From assembly GCA_903894955.1 (NCBI GenBank), contig CAITSA010000028.1:8495-72494 (forward strand): a DNA stretch of 64,000 nt, written 5' to 3'. Source of the DNA: an uncultured bacterium. GTDB taxonomy: Bacteria; Patescibacteriota; Minisyncoccia; Phycocordibacterales; UBA9973. Below the pieces are notes generated by a model. It saw only the letters and a list, made by a program, of their open reading frames with translations. It was not told the origin of the DNA and did no database searches. Positions 57,333 to 64,000 of this stretch are shown in pieces; position 1 is the stretch's first letter; each line of letters begins with the position of its first letter. Position numbers and translations under genes: made by a program.

Positions 57333-57790
57333 TTATTATTGTTTGTATTATCTTGTAATGTCGTGTCAACATTTAAAGAATCCGGATTATTTTCATCACC
57401 TTGGGTATCTGATTTTTTGACACTGGAGGTGCATTCTTCATCCCCAGTTTTTGTTTTTTCATCACAAAATGTTATAGAGCAATCGCGATCATTTAGTAAA
57501 CAAACGTTTGCGTTTTCGCAATCTGTAATATCTACACCACATTCCGTAAACAAATCAGGTTCATACTTTTGCATTTTGGTATAGTAATATTCTGTTGTGC
57601 AGGCGTCGTCTTCACAACCGATAAAACACTTTTCCACGGCTTGATCACACACGCCCTCATATCCTACTAAATAATCATACTTAATCATGAAACGGTAATA
57701 AGAAAATCCTCCGCTAATAATAACAGCTATTATTAAAATATAAGGGAAAAAATGTTTGCGAAAATGTTCAACGATAGTTTTATTTTTCAT
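57329..57790 (-). CDS. Cys-rich membrane-anchored protein, co-transcribed with the histidine kinase
   Basis: 153 aa, one TM, about 16 Cys in the extracytoplasmic part. Stop overlaps the kinase start. Confidence 0.4.
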   Translation of the reverse strand: MKNKTIVEHFRKHFFPYILIIAVIISGGFSYYRFMIKYDYLVGYEGVCDQAVEKCFIGCEDDACTTEYYYTKMQKYEPDLFTECGVDITDCENANVCLLNDRDCSITFCDEKTKTGDEECTSSVKKSDTQGDENNPDSLNVDTTLQDNTNNNK

Positions 57791-57835
57791 TTGTTGCTTT
57801 TAGTATAACAAAGATAAACTGTTTTGTGAATAAAT

Positions 57836-58750
57836 TTATGAAACAAACAACAAATACGTGCCTATTCCTGTTATACAAATAGCAATAATTTTAGGCCATA
57901 GATGTTTTGCCCCTATTTTCTCAACTGATATTTTTGGGAAAAAGATTGTTAAAAATATTCCTATAGCTAGCACAAAAACTGGTTGGAAAGAATCTGTTAA
58001 TAGAACAAGTGCTACGGGAGCCATCATATATGTGAATGCAAAAATGATATTGCCAAACACATAGAAAGCCTCATTTAAAAGATTAAACGACAAAATTGTT
58101 TTGGAATTATTTTTTATGGCCAGCAAAAAGTCTTCTCGATACGAGCGAACAAATATAAATATTATGATTCCGACTATAAATATTGTTAGATTTTCCCAAC
58201 AAAGTGATCTTACGACATTCTCTTTAAGTGCGACCATTTTTAATACTGTATCACCAGCCGCCCAAAAAAAAGCAGCACCAAGCATGGGTAGAATTACTTT
58301 TCGGCGAAGTTTAAACCTATTGTCTATATCTATCTCAAAAGAGATTATGGTGGATCCAAAAATCACTAACACCATAGCTATTAATTGCAATCTGGTTAGT
58401 GTTTCCCCTAAAATTAAATATCCCAATACACAGGCAAATACAGGCACTAATTGGTAAAATATAATTACAACTGATGCCTCATCGTGTTTTAAAGCTATTA
58501 AATAAAACCACAGCACTAATAAATGAAATATGGCTACTATCACTAAAACTAATATATTGCTTAAGCTAACATTAAACATAGACCGGTCAACTAAAAACAG
58601 AAACGGGATAGCTAAAATAGAGAAAAGAGCAGAAAAAAGAAAAAGCGCACCAATTCCACCTTTAAAATATTTTTCTAGAATTATTTTATCTAAATGATTT
58701 GTGCAAGCGTAGAAAAATGTGCCAAGCAAAGCTATAAAAAACCAAGTCAT
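57836..58750 (-). CDS. EamA/DMT-family transporter
   Basis: 304 aa, 10 TM, duplicated EamA-like halves. Confidence 0.7.
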   Translation of the reverse strand: MTWFFIALLGTFFYACTNHLDKIILEKYFKGGIGALFLFSALFSILAIPFLFLVDRSMFNVSLSNILVLVIVAIFHLLVLWFYLIALKHDEASVVIIFYQLVPVFACVLGYLILGETLTRLQLIAMVLVIFGSTIISFEIDIDNRFKLRRKVILPMLGAAFFWAAGDTVLKMVALKENVVRSLCWENLTIFIVGIIIFIFVRSYREDFLLAIKNNSKTILSFNLLNEAFYVFGNIIFAFTYMMAPVALVLLTDSFQPVFVLAIGIFLTIFFPKISVEKIGAKHLWPKIIAICITGIGTYLLFVS

Positions 58751-58764
58751 AATTATATAATATA

Positions 58765-59670
58765 CTATTTATTAATAAGGGAAACCTTGTACTTTTTTAA
58801 AAAATTTACTGGGCAATAACTCATTTTTGATTTCCTTAAATTCTTAATACCTAAATCCTGTTCCCAATTATAGTATTTAACCCTCTTCTTATCTAATGAT
58901 TTTGCTTCCTCCCAGTTTAATATGTCATAAATTGCCGAATGATGTTTAATATTTGCTTTTGAAAAATGAGCAATTGCATAGTCTCGTGAAATAATTTCGT
59001 ATGCAGTAAACCCAATAAGCTGGTTGTCTTTATACAATGACACAATTTCTATATTTTTATCTTTTATCTCAAGAAATCTTTCAAATGCCTTGTATTCATT
59101 TAATCCAAAATGGTTGTCTATGTTTTTATTTATTGCCCATTTTTTGAACATTTTTTTGCTTTCATCTTTTTGTATTTCCCCTATGGAAGAAATTTTTACT
59201 AAATAATCAGGGTGTAATTTTAAAAATTTCTCTATACCTTTACTCGATTTGTGCTTAGACCATTTATGCATACTACTCAAGTCTTCTGTAGAATAAATAT
59301 AGTCATGGGAATCTAGGTCGGGCAAAATCTGAAATTCCAATTTACTTAAAATATTTGCTACCTCTTCGGGAATCAATCTTAATGAATCTTCTTGATAATT
59401 TTCTTTAGAAAAGATGATTAGTTTATGAGCAGTTTCTGGTATTTTATTTTCTCCAATAAACAAGATATATGGTTTATTGGTAACATAGTCTGTAAAACGA
59501 ACCACAAGATTATTATTCAAAACAGAAATACGTATTTCTCCTTTTGTATCCCATGACCACATAGACACAAAATTAAAATCAGAATATGGTGGAAATTTGG
59601 AAGTAAACTTTTCTATATCTTTTTTGTCTGAAAGTTCTAATTTTTTAAATTCTGGAAATTCTGGAAGCAT
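58765..59670 (-). CDS. hypothetical protein (possibly DUF2156/LPG-synthase C-terminal-like GNAT-fold)
   Basis: 301 aa. Weak resemblance only. Directly downstream of the AdoMetDC-like gene. Confidence 0.3.
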   Translation of the reverse strand: MLPEFPEFKKLELSDKKDIEKFTSKFPPYSDFNFVSMWSWDTKGEIRISVLNNNLVVRFTDYVTNKPYILFIGENKIPETAHKLIIFSKENYQEDSLRLIPEEVANILSKLEFQILPDLDSHDYIYSTEDLSSMHKWSKHKSSKGIEKFLKLHPDYLVKISSIGEIQKDESKKMFKKWAINKNIDNHFGLNEYKAFERFLEIKDKNIEIVSLYKDNQLIGFTAYEIISRDYAIAHFSKANIKHHSAIYDILNWEEAKSLDKKRVKYYNWEQDLGIKNLRKSKMSYCPVNFLKKYKVSLINK

Positions 59671-59674
59671 ATAA

Positions 59675-60061
59675 TTAAATTATATTTTCTGCTGGATACT
59701 TTGTGCCCCGCTTAATGCAATTAGTTTCAACGTCGGACAACCTAAAGGTTTCAGTAAAATAATCAACAATTTTTTGCGTATCCATGCCATTCTTACAAGA
59801 ATAAACGTCAGCACTTATGAAACGACGTTTAGGAAAAGTATGTAACGATATGTGACTTTCTGCAATTATTACAAATCCACTCCATCCTCCTGGGTCATTT
59901 ATTTCATTATCAGGAGCTAAAATAACCATTGGCTCAGAAAGCATTTTCATACCAAGTTTTTTTGGTAAATCAGACAATACGAAAAAAACTGTTTCTTTAT
60001 TATTTAAAAGTTCAGGATCGCCTCCATATCCGTCAATTGTTATATGTTCACCGAATTGCAT
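59675..60061 (-). CDS. speH: S-adenosylmethionine decarboxylase proenzyme (SpeH type, pyruvoyl-dependent)
   Basis: 128 aa. ESHISLHTFP self-cleavage/active-site motif. Confidence 0.75.
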   Translation of the reverse strand: MQFGEHITIDGYGGDPELLNNKETVFFVLSDLPKKLGMKMLSEPMVILAPDNEINDPGGWSGFVIIAESHISLHTFPKRRFISADVYSCKNGMDTQKIVDYFTETFRLSDVETNCIKRGTKYPAENII

Positions 60062-60942
60062 AGTTTTTTGTTGAGTTTACCTACTCTTTGCCAACACAAA
60101 CCATTGTAACATAACAATAAAATTTGTGAATAGGGTCGGAACTAAACATCTATCAGACCCTAACCTCTCATTTTCCAAATATTTAATTCTTGAGAAATTT
60201 TAATTTCATTATGTTTTTCCCATTTCATAGATGCTTCTTTTACAAGCATATCGGTGTTATCCATTCCCCTTGCGTGGGATAGGACATAGGAAATATACAG
60301 ATTTTTTCTTTCTTCTCTTTGTGTTTTTGTTTCTGGCATTTTTACGCGAATTGTTAATAAAATTAAATTTTCTACCTAATATCTAATCAGAGGACAATAA
60401 CAAAGATATCTCTATATTATGATAAGAAATAAAAAACTTTATAAATTATTTTTAATGTTTGTTAAAACCTTCCCCAGACAAGATAATAATATCTAATGTG
60501 ACTAAACTGTGATATCCCCTTTCCATCGTGCCTGAAGTGCATATCTTTATTTGACTATGTCCATGTTTATTATTCAAAAAATCTAAATCCGTGTTTTTAT
60601 TGTAGCATACAAAAAATATATTACAAAAAAAATTGAAAGAAAATTTCCTTAAATACGAACTTTTTTATAGATTTTTAAGCCTCATTAAAACATGGAGCAA
60701 AAAACACTGACACGTTTTTTAATTTATTGCTCAGAAAAAGTAAACCAAAAAAAATGCCAATTCAATTTTTTTAAAATTAGGAAATGTTGGAATCATAAAA
60801 TTTAGAAACAAGATAGCCATCGGCTATATTTACTATTGCCCACAAAAACGGAGCGACTAAAGCTATAAAAAACCATTGCATAAAATAAAGTATAACATAC
60901 CTATTAAATTCATGAATATTATCATGTCCGCCATATGTATGT

Positions 60943-62046
60943 ATGTGCACATTCCCCGGGAAACTTGTAAATTTATTAATAATGTGGCATAATGCACCAA
61001 TTATGAATAATTCATTAAGCTATAAGCTTAAATGCATAAATGAAGACTTCCAGGTAACAGAAGTGTCTTTAATGCCATCTTTTGTTTTAAAAGGTCCACG
61101 TAAATTTACTTATATTTGGCTTCAAAAATCAGGATTTACAACATTTGAAGTTTTGGAACAAATTAAGGATTTTTTTGAACTTTCGTTTGAGGACGTTTGC
61201 TGTCAGGGATTAAAAGATGAAGAAGCAATTACAGAACAACTCATTTCCGTAAAAAAAATTTTAAATGAAAAAAAGATAAAGGCATTTAATAAAAAGAGCA
61301 CTTTTAAAAACAAATTCTCAAAAATAAAATACATAATGGGTTATGGTGAAAAGCCTTTGAAGGAAAGAGCTCTTCACGGTAATGCCTTTAAGATTGTGGT
61401 AAGAAATATCAATTCTGCATTAGCTGATAATCTTTTAAACTATATCAATAATCATAAACAACTCTACTTTATTAATTACTACGACAATCAGCGATTTGGA
61501 ATGCCTGGTGGTCCATATAATACTCATTTGATTGGTAAGGCCATAGTAAAAAATAATTGGAAGCAAGCATATGAACAGTTAAAAATCACTAACAACATAA
61601 CTCAAAATGTTAAATTAAAAACCAAAAATATTACTGATTATAAAAAAGTATTTAAATCCATTAATCCCCAAAAGGTTTCGTTCTTTGTCTCTGCTTATAA
61701 TAGTTTTTTATGGAATGCTCAAGCTTCTTTGGTGGTTAAAAAATGTACCCAAAGTAAAAATTATTTATTTGAAAATGTTGGGCAATTACATTTACCAACT
61801 GATTATCTCTTTCAATGTCCTTACATTTATGAAGCTGGAGGACATGAACTCATTACAGAAAACTTTTCAGTTCAATCAAAAGCAAATAAGAGAAATCTTT
61901 TAGTTGCCACTAATGTGTATGCTCACGATTTAGAACCAGATGAACTTCATAAAAATAAAAAGAAAATAACCCTTTCGTTTTATTTACCGACTGGAAGTTA
62001 TGCTACAATGATTGTTAAGCAATTATTTTTAAAATTAAAAATATAG
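60943..62046 (+). CDS. truD: tRNA pseudouridine synthase TruD/Pus7 family
   Basis: NYYDNQRFGMPGG motif characteristic of TruD. Start may be MNNSLSYK at 61003. Confidence 0.7.
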   Translation: MCTFPGKLVNLLIMWHNAPIMNNSLSYKLKCINEDFQVTEVSLMPSFVLKGPRKFTYIWLQKSGFTTFEVLEQIKDFFELSFEDVCCQGLKDEEAITEQLISVKKILNEKKIKAFNKKSTFKNKFSKIKYIMGYGEKPLKERALHGNAFKIVVRNINSALADNLLNYINNHKQLYFINYYDNQRFGMPGGPYNTHLIGKAIVKNNWKQAYEQLKITNNITQNVKLKTKNITDYKKVFKSINPQKVSFFVSAYNSFLWNAQASLVVKKCTQSKNYLFENVGQLHLPTDYLFQCPYIYEAGGHELITENFSVQSKANKRNLLVATNVYAHDLEPDELHKNKKKITLSFYLPTGSYATMIVKQLFLKLKI

Positions 62047-62049
62047 AAA

Positions 62050-62670
62050 TTGATGGATAAAAATATAGAAATTGAAATACGTGGCCCTTTATCAAAAAAA
62101 GAATTTGATAATTTGGTGAAATTTTTCGAAAAAAAAGGAACAAAAACTTCAGAAAAAGATAGAGTTTTAATTGACTACTCTACTTTTCTAGAAGGTGGAG
62201 TTGAAAAAAGAAAGAAAGATATACGGCTAAGAGTCACTAATGGTATTCCTGAAATTATTGTTAAGGTTGGTGAATGGGGAGGAACTGAACAGCGAAAAGA
62301 ACTTTCTGCTTTTACTAAACCAGGTGAATTTGATACTCTAGTTGAAATTTTTGGTGAACTTGGATTTGTTAAAGGAATGTTATGTGTAAGAAAAAGTAAA
62401 GTCTATGAATATAAAAAAGTTGAATTTGCATTAGTAGAAGTACCTGGACATAGTTATTATTATGAAGCGGAAAAAATGGCAAACAATAAAGAAAATGGTG
62501 GTGAATTAATTAAAGAAATTGAAAATGTTTGCAAGGAGCTTAAGCTTAATATTTTTAATAAGAAACAATTTTTTGAATACATAGATAAACTAAATAAAGA
62601 AACTAACGAAATTTTTGATTATAAAAATTACACTCCTAATTATTTTAAAAATAGATTTAACCTAAAGTAG
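62050..62670 (+). CDS. CYTH-domain protein (CyaB/triphosphate tunnel metalloenzyme family)
   Basis: IEIEIRG (ExExK-type) N-terminal motif, DIRLRV strand, 206 aa. Confidence 0.7.
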   Translation: MMDKNIEIEIRGPLSKKEFDNLVKFFEKKGTKTSEKDRVLIDYSTFLEGGVEKRKKDIRLRVTNGIPEIIVKVGEWGGTEQRKELSAFTKPGEFDTLVEIFGELGFVKGMLCVRKSKVYEYKKVEFALVEVPGHSYYYEAEKMANNKENGGELIKEIENVCKELKLNIFNKKQFFEYIDKLNKETNEIFDYKNYTPNYFKNRFNLK

Positions 62671-62671
62671 A

Positions 62672-62704
62672 AACAGGCGACTGGGTTAACCCCGGTCGCC
62701 TGTT
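62672..62704. terminator. GC hairpin between convergent genes (putative terminator)
   Basis: aacaggcgac-tgggttaaccccg-gtcgcctgtt, perfect 10-bp stem. Confidence 0.5.
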
Positions 62705-62729
62705 GTGGTGATGATGTGTTGTAAAACCA

Positions 62730-62975
62730 TCAGCCATGATGACCTCGCACGAAGACTTTCCCTCGGATAATCTTGTGTGCTGGTCGATTATGAATAATGG
62801 CGTGTCTAGCGAACTCCTGCCCGCAATGAGGACACTTGAGGTCGCCCTTAGTGAAATCTTCCGATATCATATCAACGTAACACTTTATGAGCATACCTCC
62901 GCCTTCCTTTTTGTAGCGGTAAAGCATGGTTTGGCACTTGGCACAGTGCACTGCGATTGTATATGTTTTTCCCAT
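62730..62975 (-). CDS. small zinc-ribbon protein (two CxxC pairs)
   Basis: 81 aa, CAKC...CPHC. GC-richer than the window average. Confidence 0.45.
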   Translation of the reverse strand: MGKTYTIAVHCAKCQTMLYRYKKEGGGMLIKCYVDMISEDFTKGDLKCPHCGQEFARHAIIHNRPAHKIIRGKVFVRGHHG

Positions 62976-62984
62976 AAAAACCTC

Positions 62985-64000
62985 CTAGAATGACGCCTTA
63001 ATGGCATTGAATTTTGGAGGACATACTCCAACACAGGCGTTGCACGAAATGCAGTTGTTGCTGATGACCGCCAATGCGTTCTTGTCCACACGGCGAACCA
63101 TTGAAAGAGCATTAAATGCACAGGATTGAATACAAATTCCGCAACCTGCACATCTCTCTTCAATCACAACTGGACGAGGCGAAGAAAACTGGTGTTCATC
63201 CATTTTCTTGAACGTGAGTCCAATGAGATCGTTGATTGAATCATATTTTGGATTCTCAACAAAAAATCTCTGCAAACCAGCCGTAATTTTTCGAAAAACT
63301 GTCGGGCCCTTAAGCGCAGGTGCAGTATAAAGTTGAACTGCACTTGCCCCCGCCATCAGCATCTGAATTACATTATCGGCAGTGAAAATTCCACCACAAC
63401 CGACAACTGGGATTCTAAGTGTCTCGGAAAGTTGATGTACGCACCACAGAGCGATAGGGAAAATTGCTTTTCCTGTCACTCCACCACCACCACCCTTGAT
63501 TCCAAGTTTCGGTTTGGTAGTTTTAGTATCGATCAACATTCCTGGACCGATGCTATTTGTACAGACGACTACATCAGCTCCTAGCTCTTCCGCTTGCTTA
63601 GCCATCGGGATCAGCAGATTCGAATACGACAGCTTGATCCAGATCGGTGTTTTTGTCACACCACGCACTCTTTTCATCAATTGTTCTAGATGAAGTAAGT
63701 CAACATTCAAGTTTCCATGTAGTGCTCCAGAATGCGAACACGAGATGTTAATTTCAAAAGCGTCAACACTCATCTCGTCAAAGACTTGAAAAAGATAACA
63801 ACAGCTATCTAAGTCACGACCTGAAAGCGAGATAATGATTGGGCAGCCAGTCTCTTTGACCTGACGTATGCCGTGATCTTGCCAATCCGTCCACGGTTTT
63901 TCGTTTCCCCATTCGCAGTTGAGCATACTGTCTGTATCGAAAATTGCATAGCGTGGAGACGTAATCCTTGAACGTTCTGGTGGAACATGTTGCTTGAGTG
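62985..64000 (-). CDS. dihydroorotate-dehydrogenase-family flavoprotein fused to a C-terminal 2x[4Fe-4S] ferredoxin domain (PreA/DPD-like); 5' end lies beyond the window
   Basis: The frame stays open to position 64000 (upstream residues QHVPPERSRITSPRYAIFDTDSMLN match the DHOD N-region). C-terminal CAGCGICIQSC...CISCNACVGVCP. Confidence 0.7.
   Translation of the reverse strand, partial: LKQHVPPERSRITSPRYAIFDTDSMLNCEWGNEKPWTDWQDHGIRQVKETGCPIIISLSGRDLDSCCYLFQVFDEMSVDAFEINISCSHSGALHGNLNVDLLHLEQLMKRVRGVTKTPIWIKLSYSNLLIPMAKQAEELGADVVVCTNSIGPGMLIDTKTTKPKLGIKGGGGGVTGKAIFPIALWCVHQLSETLRIPVVGCGGIFTADNVIQMLMAGASAVQLYTAPALKGPTVFRKITAGLQRFFVENPKYDSINDLIGLTFKKMDEHQFSSPRPVVIEERCAGCGICIQSCAFNALSMVRRVDKNALAVISNNCISCNACVGVCPPKFNAIKASF

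Overview
This 64-kb window is AT-rich (about 30-33% GC by eye) and gene-dense, mostly housekeeping genes. From gene content alone I infer a small-genome Patescibacteria/CPR-like (Parcubacteria-type) bacterium. The supporting content is split secD/secF, gatCA, pyrG-ftsXE-prfB, folD, ligA, recG, class II RNR with a PduO adenosyltransferase, and a type IV pilus/competence cluster of about 14 kb with six pilin-like genes.

RNA genes: six tRNAs, namely Thr-CGT, Thr-GGT, Asp-GTC, Met-CAT, Ser-GCT and a second Ser-type tRNA with apparent anticodon ACT. There is a 5' tRNA-half remnant between the two Thr genes, and a candidate tmRNA at 9967-10278.

The most unusual layer is repeat biology:
- A 77-bp MITE with 21-bp terminal inverted repeats and 5-bp target-site duplications in two copies. 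Both sit at gene 5' ends and create spurious TTG-initiated N-terminal extensions.
- A CTAG-rich intergenic repeat family in three copies.
- A GC-rich CCTGCCTRC...GGCAGG palindromic element inserted in-frame into prfB, folD, ligA (twice counting a second palindrome family) and pilD. This is reminiscent of Rickettsia palindromic elements.
- GC hairpins embedded in the long leader-peptide regions of the minor pilins.

Other notable points:
- A gnd (6-phosphogluconate dehydrogenase) deletion/frameshift pseudogene.
- A HicA/HicB-like pair plus an unknown gene interrupting the pilM-pilN junction.
- An LMW-PTP/HIT fusion next to an ECF sigma/anti-sigma pair.
- A small methyltransferase gene flanked by a duplicated secF 3' end.
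- Two compositionally GC-rich gene blocks (39844-40401 and 62680-64000).

No CRISPR array, rRNA, integrase or transposase gene was recognised. All calls come from reading the six-frame translations and the sequence by eye; no searches were run.
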